A stretch of 64,000 nt of DNA from Candidatus Hydrogenedentota bacterium (GCA_963668025.2 CAXXTH010000017.1:512001-576000); one strand, 5' to 3'; shown: positions 39,207 to 48,914, counted from the stretch's first letter. Translations and numbers: made by a program. The notes: a model not told the origin generated them from the sequence alone.

Positions 39207-39856
39207 TTAAGCAAGCCTTTTGCAAGCTGGCTGGCTTCCGCAACCAAACTGGTGACACGCTCCGCATTTTCGAGTATGCCCCGGATGAGTTCCTGGGCTT
39301 CGACATTATGCTCCAGATCCAACGAAAGCAAATCGGCCCCTGCATAAAGGGCCTGCAACGGGCTGTTCACATCGTGGGAAAGACGGGCAAAACGCTGGTA
39401 CACTTCCGCTGCATTGGGGCGCTCGGCGGAAGCGCTCCGCTGAATAAGTTCGCGCTGTAATGCGCTGATGCGCAAGGTGGCCTTCACCCAGGAACGTAGC
39501 GCCATGTCTTCAATAGGTTGCGTCAGATAGCCATCAGCCCCCGCGGCAAGGCCTTCCCGAATGCTGCTGTCATCCGTCCGGTACGCGGAAATGAGGACAA
39601 TCGGGATATAGGCGGTCGCGGGGTCTTTTTTAAGCCGGCGGCATACCTCGATTCCATCCACCCCTGGCATGACTACGTCGATTAAGATAAGATCAAAACT
39701 GGGATTATTGCGGACGATATCCAAGGCGGACAATCCGTTATCGCAAGCGACCAGATCATAGGCATCCTTGCTAAGTAGCGCCCGAAGAACGCTTAGATTA
39801 ACAGGGTTATCGTCTACTATTAAAATAGATGCTCCCATCGCCTTTGTCCTTTCCAT
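39203..39856 (-). CDS. Response regulator receiver fused to HisKA-like helical domain (no ATPase domain)
   Basis: ILIVDDNP, LIDVVMP, GADGYL, then LSHDVNSPLQAL, stop soon after; start 39856 or 39838. Confidence 0.8.
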   Translation of the reverse strand: MERTKAMGASILIVDDNPVNLSVLRALLSKDAYDLVACDNGLSALDIVRNNPSFDLILIDVVMPGVDGIEVCRRLKKDPATAYIPIVLISAYRTDDSSIREGLAAGADGYLTQPIEDMALRSWVKATLRISALQRELIQRSASAERPNAAEVYQRFARLSHDVNSPLQALYAGADLLSLDLEHNVEAQELIRGILENAERVTSLVAEASQLAKGLLK

Positions 39857-39979
39857 ATTGCCTCGTCTTCCCAATGACAGTTCATCATAGCGCCTCACCC
39901 GTCTTCCCGCAAGATGCCCATGGGGAGCATGAGCTCGAATCCATAAAGCACTCAAAACCGGTTCCTCAAAACCGGCTCC

Positions 39980-40008
39980 TTGACAACTTCTGCTCGAGTC
40001 GATATTCT
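39980..40008 (+). promoter_or_regulatory. Sigma70 promoter of aspS
   Basis: TTGACA-N17-TATTCT, 41 nt upstream of ATG 40050. Confidence 0.7.
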
Positions 40009-40049
40009 TGCACCTTCGAAACTGGGCAATCAGGTGGAGCGTTTTCTCT

Positions 40050-41825
40050 ATGCATCCCTATAGAACGCATACATGCGGCGTATTGCGCAAGCAAGACGTT
40101 GGAATTGAAGTGAAACTGTCGGGCTGGGTCCATCGGAAGCGCGATCACGGCGGTGTTATATTCATCGACCTCCGGGATCATTACGGCCTGACACAGGTGG
40201 TCGTCAATCCCGGCAGCAGTTTTTTCGAAGCCGTGGAACAAGTGCGGAATGAAAGCGTCGTGACACTCACGGGCGCGGTGGTGGCGCGCACGCCGGATAC
40301 GGTGAATCCATCCATGGACACGGGCGAGATCGAAGTGGTGGCCGGCAGCTTTATCGTCGAATCCGCCTGCGATATGCTGCCGTTCCCGGTGAACCAAGAC
40401 CTCGAATACCCGGAGGAGGCGCGCTTGCAATACCGTTTCCTCGATTTGCGCCGCGAGCACATGCACCGGAACATCCTGTTGCGCGCCAAAACCGCCCAGC
40501 TTGCGCGGCAGCACCTTATTGAACAAGGCTTTATCGAGTACAACACGCCTATCCTCACCAGTTCGTCGCCGGAAGGCGCGCGCGATTACCTGGTTCCCAG
40601 CCGCTTGTATCCGGGTGAATTTTATGCGCTGCCCCAAGCGCCGCAGCAATTCAAACAGCTTTTGATGATCAGCGGATTCGACCGCTATTTCCAAATCGCC
40701 CCGTGCTTCCGCGATGAAGACTCCCGCGCCGACCGCAGCCCGGGCGAGTTCTACCAAATCGATATCGAGATGTCGTATATCACCCAGGAAGACCTGTTTG
40801 GCGAGCTGGAACTGCTGATGTGCCGCTTGTTCAAAACGCTTTCGAACCGGAAAATCGTGGCGGAAAAATTTCCCCGCATCCCCTTCCGGGAAGCGATCGA
40901 GAAATACGGCTCAGACAAACCCGATATCCGTTTCGGCTTGGAAATGGTGGATTGTACGGATCTGTTCTGCTCGTGCGAGCTCAAAGTGTTCAAAAACCAA
41001 GTGGAAACGGGCGGAGCCGTGAAAGTGCTCTGCGCCAAGAATGCCGCCGCGCAGCCCCGCAAGTTCTTTGACGACGCCGAAGCATTCGCTAAAGGTGAAG
41101 GGGCTAAAGGCTTGGCCTGGATCGCCTTGCGCGATGGCGAATTAAAGGGGCCCATCGTCAAATTCCTTAGCGATACCGAAAAGCAGGCCCTCGTGGCGCG
41201 CATGGGCGCGGCGGATGGCGACGCTTTATTCTTCGGTGCGGGGCAGCGCGCGGAGACCAATGCGCTGCTGGGCAAAGTGCGCTTGTATCTGGGCAACGCA
41301 TTGGGCTTGATTGATCGCTCGCTGGCGGCATTCTGCTGGATCATCGACTTTCCCATGTTCGAGTGGAACGAAGAAGACAAAAAGATCGATTTCTCGCATA
41401 ATCCCTTCTCGATGCCTCAAGGCGGCCTGGAAGCCCTTGAAACCAAGGATCCCCTCGATATCCTGGCGTTCCAATACGACATCGTCTGCAACGGCATCGA
41501 GTTATCCTCCGGCGCTATCCGCAACCATCGCCCGGATGTCATGCTCAAGGCGTTCCAGATTGCGGGTTATGACGAGGAAACGGTTCGCTCGAAGTTTCCG
41601 GCCTTGTGGAATGCGTTCCATTATGGCGCTCCGCCTCACGGAGGGATCGCCCCTGGATTCGACCGCATCGTCATGCTCTTGGCGGACGAGCCCAATATCC
41701 GGGAAGTAATTGCATTCCCATTAAATCAAAAAGCGCAAGATCTCATGATGGGTGCGCCGAGCGAAGTGATGCCGAAACAGCTCCAGGAACTGCATCTTCA
41801 AATCAAATATCCGCCAAAAGCGTGA
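40050..41825 (+). CDS. aspS: Aspartate--tRNA ligase (probably non-discriminating Asp/Asn)
   Basis: YRTHTCG, GWVHRKRDHGG.IFIDLRD, PEGARDY, LPQAPQQFKQLLM, CFRDED, YGAPPHGGIAPG.DR. Confidence 0.97.
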   Translation: MHPYRTHTCGVLRKQDVGIEVKLSGWVHRKRDHGGVIFIDLRDHYGLTQVVVNPGSSFFEAVEQVRNESVVTLTGAVVARTPDTVNPSMDTGEIEVVAGSFIVESACDMLPFPVNQDLEYPEEARLQYRFLDLRREHMHRNILLRAKTAQLARQHLIEQGFIEYNTPILTSSSPEGARDYLVPSRLYPGEFYALPQAPQQFKQLLMISGFDRYFQIAPCFRDEDSRADRSPGEFYQIDIEMSYITQEDLFGELELLMCRLFKTLSNRKIVAEKFPRIPFREAIEKYGSDKPDIRFGLEMVDCTDLFCSCELKVFKNQVETGGAVKVLCAKNAAAQPRKFFDDAEAFAKGEGAKGLAWIALRDGELKGPIVKFLSDTEKQALVARMGAADGDALFFGAGQRAETNALLGKVRLYLGNALGLIDRSLAAFCWIIDFPMFEWNEEDKKIDFSHNPFSMPQGGLEALETKDPLDILAFQYDIVCNGIELSSGAIRNHRPDVMLKAFQIAGYDEETVRSKFPALWNAFHYGAPPHGGIAPGFDRIVMLLADEPNIREVIAFPLNQKAQDLMMGAPSEVMPKQLQELHLQIKYPPKA

Positions 41826-41846
41826 GAATGGAATAGTTTCTCGAAT

Positions 41847-41890
41847 GCGGCCCCAGGCAGAAAAACGCGCCTGGGGCCGCTCGCGTTTTA
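41847..41890 (+). terminator. Hairpin terminator after aspS
   Basis: 12-bp stem GCGGCCCCAGGC / GCCTGGGGCCGC, weak T-tail. Confidence 0.65.
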
Positions 41891-41930
41891 TTGGATAGAA
41901 AGCAGTTGATCCATGGCAATTGGCCGCACA

Positions 41931-42064
41931 TTTTTAGACATGATTAACAAGATAAACAAGAATTGCATATCAAATGGTTAGTCGGGATATATAGGCGTAT
42001 TCCTTGAACGGTGGGGGAAGCGCCACCCTACAGATTTTAGTGTATTTACTGGCCTTGAAATCCG
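41931..42064. repeat. Composite dispersed repeat: module B (+), REP module A (-), module C (-)
   Basis: TTTTTAGACATGATTAACAAGATAAACAAG; 41965-42032 matches reverse complement of 25081-25150; 42035-42064 resembles 54216-54244. Confidence 0.85.
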
Positions 42065-42096
42065 CCTCGTTGGCTATGCTGTTTCTAGCTCACTTA

Positions 42097-42136
42097 AAGT
42101 AAAAGCGCCGGTTTGGAGATCATCCCAAACCGGCGC
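42097..42136 (-). terminator. Intrinsic terminator of minus-strand gene
   Basis: 12-bp stem GCGCCGGTTTGG / CCAAACCGGCGC followed on the minus strand by TTTTACTT. Confidence 0.75.
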
Positions 42137-42162
42137 ATGGTGTGTGTAGCTGATGGGTATGC

Positions 42163-43983
42163 CTACATCCCGCCAGGAGCAGTAGGCATGCCAGGCATCG
42201 CATTACCGCCGGGCATACCAGGCATTCCAGGCATGCCGGGCATTGTGCCTCCTTGCATGCCGCCCATACCGGGCATACCGGGCATTCCACCAGGCATCGT
42301 GTTGCCTGGCGCAGCGCCTGGCATAGCGCCTGGCGCCGCTGCTTCAGGGGTCGCGCCTGGCGCACCGCCCTGTTCCGCTTGTTCCGCTAAGCGTTTCTGC
42401 TCAATTTCAAAACGCTGTTTTGCACTGCTTACATCTTTTACTTTCTGCGCGGACTGATCAATCAGTTTCTGTTTCTGCTCGCTCTGCGGCACGCTCGAAT
42501 CATTGGGGATCACCGACAGGATGCCGGGCACGCTCTCGAACTTCGTACTCGCTTCTTCAAACGAACGGCGTTCGAGGAGCGCATCGCCATCATCCAGGGC
42601 GTCCTGGGCGTCATCTAATACGTCATTCAAGATATTGTTGATGGCGGCTTGCGCATCGCTTGCGGCCTTTTTGGCGGCGGCTGTTTGTTCGGGGAACATG
42701 TCGTTATTCGCCACATCCTCCGCTTTGCTGATGACTTGGTTGAAGGTGTTGATGGCGATCTCATATTGAGGCGGCGTTTCACCCGCGAGGCGGCCGGCTT
42801 CTTTCATATCACGTTCGATGCTCGCCACCATTTCGATGGTTTGTTTGAGCAGTTCATTACGCTCCCGAAGCTTAATCTGGGCGTCGTTGAGCAAGTCGGA
42901 TGCCTGGCTGTTGCCAGGATCGGATGCGATAGCTTCCCGGAACGCCACGATAGCGTCATCTAGCGCCCGCTCCGGCGGATGGGGGCCTTCCGCCGCATCC
43001 AGCAATTCTTTGCCTTGCTCCACGTAATAGCGCCCGATTTTCTTGATGATGCCCTGGCGGCTTGGCCCGGAGAAGCTTGCCGCATACCGCCACTCCTGCA
43101 CGGCGCGATCTTTCGCGCCCGCCGCAAAGAAGTAGTCGCCTACCTTGTCATAGGCTTCGGTAATGCCAGGATTTACGTGGGTGAGCTGGGCATAGGCCTC
43201 TTGCGCTTCTTCCACGTTATCTTTCACCACCAGGAGATATTGGATATCATCCACGAAATACCAAGTCATGGATTCCCGTGAGGGCGTTTTCCCCTCGGGA
43301 GTTTCGCCTTGGCGCAAAACCGTGTGCCAAGCGTCCGCAACAGCCTGCACGGCTTTCATGAAATAGGGCTGAACGCTTTGCGATAGATAGCCATTATAGC
43401 CTGTGCCGCGCGCATAGTCGCCCGCGACTATCGCTTCGGCGTCTTTGACATAGCTCAGGTCGGAGCGAAGATAATCGGCGGGCGAGCGCATGAAATACAA
43501 CTCGCGGCGCATCGGGGTCGTCTTCAGGTTGGCGATCTGCGCATCAATATCGCCATTAATCTCACGGCGAAGCTGCTCGCCTTTGACGGATTTGTCTAGT
43601 CCGATGCCAAACGGCATATGCAAGTCGGCCACCAGCGCCCCGAGAACGCCCAATCGATACGCAAAATAGCCGCCTATGCCATATTGCCGCGCTTCACGCA
43701 GCAATTGAATCTGATTGAGGATTTCGTTTACGGCGTCAGATTCAGACTGGAAATTCGTTTTGAGCGCCAGCTCATAACCGTCTTGCGCGCCTTTTATCAA
43801 GTCATCATGGAAAATAAAGCGCGTATTTTCGAAATAATCTTGCGAGTAGACTCCGCGTAGTAATTGAAGGGAGGTGTTCATTACGGAGCGTTGGGCCTCG
43901 GGCCCCCAGGCGTTTGCATTGGATGCGATTAGGCCCAAGCCGGCTAACACCCAACACACTCGCCACACTGTTTTCCTCTTCAT
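42163..43983 (-). CDS. Secreted protein: degenerate phospholipase C/P1-nuclease-like N-domain, TPR-like helices, Gly-Met-Pro tail
   Basis: Signal peptide ending ANA-WG; FAYRLGVLGALVADLHMPFG; TPR-like segments; C-terminal (GMP)n. Confidence 0.6.
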   Translation of the reverse strand: MKRKTVWRVCWVLAGLGLIASNANAWGPEAQRSVMNTSLQLLRGVYSQDYFENTRFIFHDDLIKGAQDGYELALKTNFQSESDAVNEILNQIQLLREARQYGIGGYFAYRLGVLGALVADLHMPFGIGLDKSVKGEQLRREINGDIDAQIANLKTTPMRRELYFMRSPADYLRSDLSYVKDAEAIVAGDYARGTGYNGYLSQSVQPYFMKAVQAVADAWHTVLRQGETPEGKTPSRESMTWYFVDDIQYLLVVKDNVEEAQEAYAQLTHVNPGITEAYDKVGDYFFAAGAKDRAVQEWRYAASFSGPSRQGIIKKIGRYYVEQGKELLDAAEGPHPPERALDDAIVAFREAIASDPGNSQASDLLNDAQIKLRERNELLKQTIEMVASIERDMKEAGRLAGETPPQYEIAINTFNQVISKAEDVANNDMFPEQTAAAKKAASDAQAAINNILNDVLDDAQDALDDGDALLERRSFEEASTKFESVPGILSVIPNDSSVPQSEQKQKLIDQSAQKVKDVSSAKQRFEIEQKRLAEQAEQGGAPGATPEAAAPGAMPGAAPGNTMPGGMPGMPGMGGMQGGTMPGMPGMPGMPGGNAMPGMPTAPGGM

Positions 43984-44157
43984 AGCAAACCTCATGTTTC
44001 CGCTGGCCTCGCGTTCACCCATAGCGCACCCGGCGGCGCCTTACCGCACGAAATCGCGAAAATACCCCATTCTTCGCGCGTGAGGGTAAACCCGCCGCAA
44101 ACATGGAAAGCCGGTTCCCCAAGGAGCCATCTCCCACCAGCCATAAACCTAGAAAGG

Positions 44158-44187
44158 ACAATATCATTTGCCCCTGAAAACTGTCAA
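44158..44187 (-). promoter_or_regulatory. Putative sigma70 promoter (minus strand)
   Basis: TTGACA-N18-TATTGT with extended TG, facing the 43983 start. Confidence 0.5.
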
Positions 44188-44293
44188 CTATATCCCCAAA
44201 ATTGATTTACCCCCATTTTGCGCCCCCAATTCCGGCATGCTATTCTTCGGGTAAGCGGGGCGCGTTATAACATGCCCCTGCGAAAACGGGGGC

Positions 44294-45505
44294 ATGATGC
44301 ACACAGTTCTGTACTTCTTGTTTAGCGTGATTGGCGCGTATATCGCGCTATTCGCCGCGTATCTTCTATTGCTTTCCGCCGCTTCGTGGTTTCATCGCAA
44401 ACGCACCCAGCCGGATGCTGCGCCACTCCGCCTCGCCGTGGCCATACCTGCCCACAATGAAGAGAGCGGGATCGCCGCTACCGTTGCCAGTGTGTTGGGC
44501 TGCGCATATCCCGAAGAAAAACGGGCCGTTTTTGTCATCGCGGACAACTGCACGGACGGCACGGCGGACCGGGCGCGTGAATCCGGCGCGGAGGCGGCTG
44601 TCCGCACGGACATCGAGCATCGCGGCAAAGGGCAAGCCATCGAATGGTTCCTGAAAACCTATGGCGGGCAGCTCCGCGCATTTGATGGCATTGTGCTCAC
44701 GGATGCGGATACGGCGCTGGATCCCGCCTTTCTGCAAGAGGCCTCCGGCAGCTTGAGCCATCCGGATGTGGCCATTATGCAAGGGTACGACGGAGTGGGC
44801 AACGCTGGTGAAAACTGGCGCACCGCACTTACGTTCGCGGGTTTCGCTGGTGTCAACCATGTCCGTCCCGCTGGCCAGGAAACCCTCGGCGGCGCGGTTA
44901 CGCTGAAAGGGTGCGGCATGGCGTTCCGCTCTTCCGTGCTGCTCGATATGGGATGGCCCGCCCATGGCGTCGTCGAAGATATGGAACAAGGGCTCGATTT
45001 TTTGTTGTCCGGTGCGCGCGTGTCGTATAACCCAGACGCTGTGGTGCTATCGAGCATGCCCGCACACGCCCGGCAGGCCCATTCCCAGCGCACGCGATGG
45101 GAAGGCGGCCGTATGCAGCTCATGGCGCGCATGGGGCCGCGCCTGGCGTGCGCCTTTCTGCGCGAGCCGCGCTGGCGGTGGCTGGACGCCCTTCTCGAAG
45201 TGGCCACGCCGCCCCTGTCCATGCTGGCCATTGCCCTTGCCGCTTTATTTATATTAGCGCTGCTGGCATGGAATAGCGCCATGCTGCTGGCGGCATGCGT
45301 CCTAACCGCCGCTATTGCCGCGTATGTGGCCACCGGCCTGCTCCAACGCCGCGCTTCCCGCCGCGTATGGGCCGCCCTCGCGCTGGCGCCTTTATTTGTG
45401 CTGGCCAAGCTCCCCGTATACGGCGCGCTTCTCCTCGGGCGGCGGCCCACGCAATGGGTGCGCACCGAGCGCAGCGAAACGGCCCACCGGGATGATGCGT
45501 CATGA
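44294..45505 (+). CDS. Glycosyltransferase family 2 (CESA-like, membrane)
   Basis: IPAHNEE, IADNCTD, GKG, TDAD, VEDME, QRTRW. Confidence 0.9.
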   Translation: MMHTVLYFLFSVIGAYIALFAAYLLLLSAASWFHRKRTQPDAAPLRLAVAIPAHNEESGIAATVASVLGCAYPEEKRAVFVIADNCTDGTADRARESGAEAAVRTDIEHRGKGQAIEWFLKTYGGQLRAFDGIVLTDADTALDPAFLQEASGSLSHPDVAIMQGYDGVGNAGENWRTALTFAGFAGVNHVRPAGQETLGGAVTLKGCGMAFRSSVLLDMGWPAHGVVEDMEQGLDFLLSGARVSYNPDAVVLSSMPAHARQAHSQRTRWEGGRMQLMARMGPRLACAFLREPRWRWLDALLEVATPPLSMLAIALAALFILALLAWNSAMLLAACVLTAAIAAYVATGLLQRRASRRVWAALALAPLFVLAKLPVYGALLLGRRPTQWVRTERSETAHRDDAS

Positions 45506-46491
45506 ACGCCCCAGCCATCGACATCTCTTTCGTGGTCATCGGCTTCAATGAATCCCCCATCCTCGCCGATTGCATCGCTTCCTGCCGCCGCGCCGCGCCG
45601 CGCGGCCTTCAAACGGAAATCCTCTACGCCGATGGCGGCTCGACGGATGGCAGCATCTCCATCGCCCAGCAAGCTGGCGCGGACCGCATCCTGGGCGGCG
45701 ACAAGCGCAGGCGCGCCGCGGAAAATCGCAATCTCGGCCTGCACGCGGCGCAGGGGTGTTATGTGCAATTCGTGGACGGCGATATGCTGCTGGAACCGGA
45801 TTGGCCTGCGGCTGCGGTTGCCGCTCTTGAAGCGCGCCCGGAAACCGCCATCGTCTGCGGCGCACTCCATGAAAGAGGTGCGGGATTATTGTCGCGCGTG
45901 CTCGAGCTGGATTGGATTCCCGAGGAAGGCGATGTCGCCTTTTGCGGCGGGGCGTCCATGGCCCGGCGGGATGTGCTGCTTTCCCTCGGCGGTTTCCCAG
46001 AAGACGTACGCTACGGGGAAGAACCCTTTTTATGCTGGCGCATCCGCAACGAGCTGGGATTATATATTCACAAATTGAACTGTACGATGGCCCAGCATGA
46101 TTTAGGAATACACACCTTTGCCGCATATTGGCGATGGAATGGGCGCAATGGCCGCAGTTACGCGGAGATCGCCGCCCGCTGCCTGCACACGAAGGACCGC
46201 TTATGGCTCAAGCCCTGTATCTCAAACGCAGCCTGGGCGCTCCTGTTGCTCGCATCCGCCCTGATACTGCTCTTTGCCCCCTGGCCCCTGCGCGCGGCCA
46301 TATTCGTGGCATGGATAGCCGTGCTGGCGCGTAAAACGATTCATGCTTACCGGCGCACGGCGTCGCTTGCCACTTCCGCCGCCTATGCCGGACACATCTA
46401 TTTCGTCAAACTAGCATTGGCCTGGGGCCAGCTTTGCTGGATAACAGGCCATTTCGTCGCCAAGAAAAAAGGTAACAATTTAGCCGACTGA
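45502..46491 (+). CDS. Glycosyltransferase family 2
   Basis: VVIGFNE, DGGSTDGS, RNLG, QFVDGD, GEEP..CWR; C-terminal TMs; ATGA overlap. Confidence 0.88.
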   Translation: MNAPAIDISFVVIGFNESPILADCIASCRRAAPRGLQTEILYADGGSTDGSISIAQQAGADRILGGDKRRRAAENRNLGLHAAQGCYVQFVDGDMLLEPDWPAAAVAALEARPETAIVCGALHERGAGLLSRVLELDWIPEEGDVAFCGGASMARRDVLLSLGGFPEDVRYGEEPFLCWRIRNELGLYIHKLNCTMAQHDLGIHTFAAYWRWNGRNGRSYAEIAARCLHTKDRLWLKPCISNAAWALLLLASALILLFAPWPLRAAIFVAWIAVLARKTIHAYRRTASLATSAAYAGHIYFVKLALAWGQLCWITGHFVAKKKGNNLAD

Positions 46492-46558
46492 AGTGAAAGT
46501 ACCGGGACAGTTTTTGAACTGAGAATACATAATAAACCGCCTATAATGGAGGCATTTA

Positions 46559-46752
46559 TTTTTAGACATGATTTACAAGATGGGACAAGATTTTTTTTGA
46601 TGGCAATTTTGCTACACAAAAGAACGCGCCCGGATACTTTCTAGATTAACTTTCAGATTTGCAAATAATCCTGGCGATCTTGTCCAATCTTGTCCATCAT
46701 GTAAATCATGTCAAAAAAAACAGCTCTTTCTTCAGTCGGTTAAAGTATTACG
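46559..46752 (-). repeat. ~195-bp MITE-like element with module B terminal arms, copy 2
   Basis: Perfect 13-bp IR GACATGATTTACA 46565-46577 / 46700-46712; reverse complement aligns end to end with 26178-26372. Confidence 0.88.
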
Positions 46753-46805
46753 AAAAAAGAATAATTGGCTGAGTACGACAACAACGCCAACCAGGAGAAG
46801 CGCGC

Positions 46806-47285
46806 ATGCCATGCCTCATTGACCACGTAAACATCGTCGTATCGAATTTGGAGCGTTCGGTGGACTTTTACACCCGCCTATTGGGTTTTGAGCAGACGCG
46901 CCAGGCCACGCTGGAAGGGGAATGGATCGAGTCCGTCGCGGGGCTCAAGGGAGTCCATGCGGAGGTGGCGTACATCCAGCCGCCGGGCGGCGGCCCACGC
47001 ATCGAACTCATCGAATACCGTTCGCCCGCGGGCGAAGTCCTGCCCGCAAACGCCATGGCCAATACCGTGGGCTTGCGGCATCTGGCTTTCCGGGTCGAGG
47101 ATGCATGGGGGCTGTATGAACGGCTGCGGAGTGAAGGGGTGGCGTTTCTCGCGCCGCCCGTGCGCGTACCGGGGAAAGTCGTGCGGCACGATGAAGGCGA
47201 TAAATCGCTCTGTTATTTCCATGACCCCGACGGCGTGCTGCTCGAACTGGCGCAATATGACGAAAGCGCCCCTCGCCAGGCGTAG
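46806..47285 (+). CDS. VOC/glyoxalase family protein
   Basis: IDHVNIVVSNLERSVDFY..LLG, IELIEY, GLRHLAFRV, YFHDPDG.LLEL. Confidence 0.92.
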   Translation: MPCLIDHVNIVVSNLERSVDFYTRLLGFEQTRQATLEGEWIESVAGLKGVHAEVAYIQPPGGGPRIELIEYRSPAGEVLPANAMANTVGLRHLAFRVEDAWGLYERLRSEGVAFLAPPVRVPGKVVRHDEGDKSLCYFHDPDGVLLELAQYDESAPRQA

Positions 47286-47313
47286 GCCAAACAAGAGGCG
47301 CGGTGTCACCACA

Positions 47314-48372
47314 TCATGGAATAAACGTCATATCCTTCTTGAGGCCCACGAGCCATTCCGCCAGCAGCCGGGCGGCGTTCTCCGCATCCGCGAGGCTGAT
47401 CAATTCCACGGGCGAATGCATATAGCGGTTCGGAATGCTGACCAGCCCGGTGGCCATGCCGCCCCGGCTGAGCTGCATGGCGTTGGCGTCCGTGCCCGTG
47501 CCGCGCGGCGCGGCGGCAATCTGGTGGGGGATCTTCTTTTTGCGGGCGGTCTCGATGAGCTGCTTGCCCACGACGGGATTGATGTTCGCGCCCCGGAAGA
47601 GAATCGGGCCGCCATCAATTTTTCCTTCCCGGAACCGGCGCGCATCGACGGTCGGATAATCCACGGCATGGCCGACATCCACCGCGACGCCCACTTGGGG
47701 GTTGCAACCATATGCGCTCGTGGCGGCCCCGCGAAGCCCGATTTCCTCCTGCACCGTCGTAACCGCATACACCGCGCACTCAATCGTGCGCTCGGCGAGC
47801 AGCCGCAGCGCTTCCAGGATAACGAACGCGCCAATGCGATCATCAAACGCGCGCGCCACGGCCCGGCCGTTTAGCAGTTCCGTGAATCCCGCGTCAATGG
47901 TGATGGGGTCGCCAATGGCCACATGCTTTTCCGCTTCTTTTTTATCTTTCGCGCCGATATCCACCCAAAGCTGGTGAAGCTTGAGCGGCTTGCCGCGTTC
48001 TTCCACTTCCATGAGATGGATGGCCGTACGGCCGATAACGCCCGGCAGGCTGCCTTTCTGGCCATGCACCTCGACGCGCTGGCCATCCAGCACCGATGGG
48101 TCAATGCCGCCGATGGCCACGAATCCAATGAAACCGCGATCATCAATATCATTGATCATGAGTGCAATTTCATCCACGTGCCCCGCGAGCATGACCCGCA
48201 ATTCCGCGCCCGGATTCTTGACATGGTATTGATTGCCATGAACATCTTTATATATTTCATCCGCGAACGGCTTGGCGTACTGGGCGCACACTTCCTGGGC
48301 TTTTTCTTCAAAGCCCGAGGGGCTGGGCGTCGTAACCAATTCCTGTAGAAAACCGAGAGATTGCTTTTTCAT
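47314..48372 (-). CDS. M42-family metallopeptidase (TET/endoglucanase-like)
   Basis: SPSGFE, AGHVDE, AFDDR, VQEEIGLRGA, GTDA, RYMHSP. Confidence 0.93.
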   Translation of the reverse strand: MKKQSLGFLQELVTTPSPSGFEEKAQEVCAQYAKPFADEIYKDVHGNQYHVKNPGAELRVMLAGHVDEIALMINDIDDRGFIGFVAIGGIDPSVLDGQRVEVHGQKGSLPGVIGRTAIHLMEVEERGKPLKLHQLWVDIGAKDKKEAEKHVAIGDPITIDAGFTELLNGRAVARAFDDRIGAFVILEALRLLAERTIECAVYAVTTVQEEIGLRGAATSAYGCNPQVGVAVDVGHAVDYPTVDARRFREGKIDGGPILFRGANINPVVGKQLIETARKKKIPHQIAAAPRGTGTDANAMQLSRGGMATGLVSIPNRYMHSPVELISLADAENAARLLAEWLVGLKKDMTFIP

Positions 48373-48587
48373 ATGCTCTCCTTGCATTGCCGCTTCGTGT
48401 CAGCGGCGCATAATGGCCGAAATTCCGGCCACGCCAGTATCGCTCTGCACGCCTAAATACGTATAATACCGTTTCCACGCGCATAGTCCCAATAGCGCGG
48501 GGCGCCCGGAATCGCAAGCGGTGGATGCAGAAAAATGCAAAGCAAAGTAGATTCCCCGGGCGGTGGGGGATATGATAGCATTGGCGC

Positions 48588-48914
48588 ATGCAAAAGCCGA
48601 AACGCAAACCCGAGCCAGCCGAGATTTGGGCCATATGGCGGGCGAGATTGCATCCCGACCGGGTTGGGGTGCTTGTCGGGTTGTGCATGGCCATGGCTGT
48701 CATGGCGCTGGGATTTTGGCGTGGAACCGGATTTCTGGATGTCTTGTACAGGACCGCATTGGCTTTTGTGGTAAGCTGGCTGGTTACGTTCGCTGCCGTG
48801 TTCGTGGTATACCACATTTCGGACAGGGAACTGGCTCCTCCACCGGAGCCTAGCCAAGAAGCTGAGGATTTGGATAAAACGTCCCCCGAAGGGGGTGCAG
48901 GAGAACAAGAATGA
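48588..48914 (+). CDS. Small two-TM membrane protein, unknown function
   Basis: Two hydrophobic helices; stop overlaps the start of the PPIase gene (ATGA). Confidence 0.55.
   Translation: MQKPKRKPEPAEIWAIWRARLHPDRVGVLVGLCMAMAVMALGFWRGTGFLDVLYRTALAFVVSWLVTFAAVFVVYHISDRELAPPPEPSQEAEDLDKTSPEGGAGEQE

Noticed and set aside
44659-45870. 403 aa minus-strand ORF (likewise 36704..37897, 46888..47874, 60235..61347)
   Set aside because: Antisense or overlapping with confidently identified genes; no motifs.
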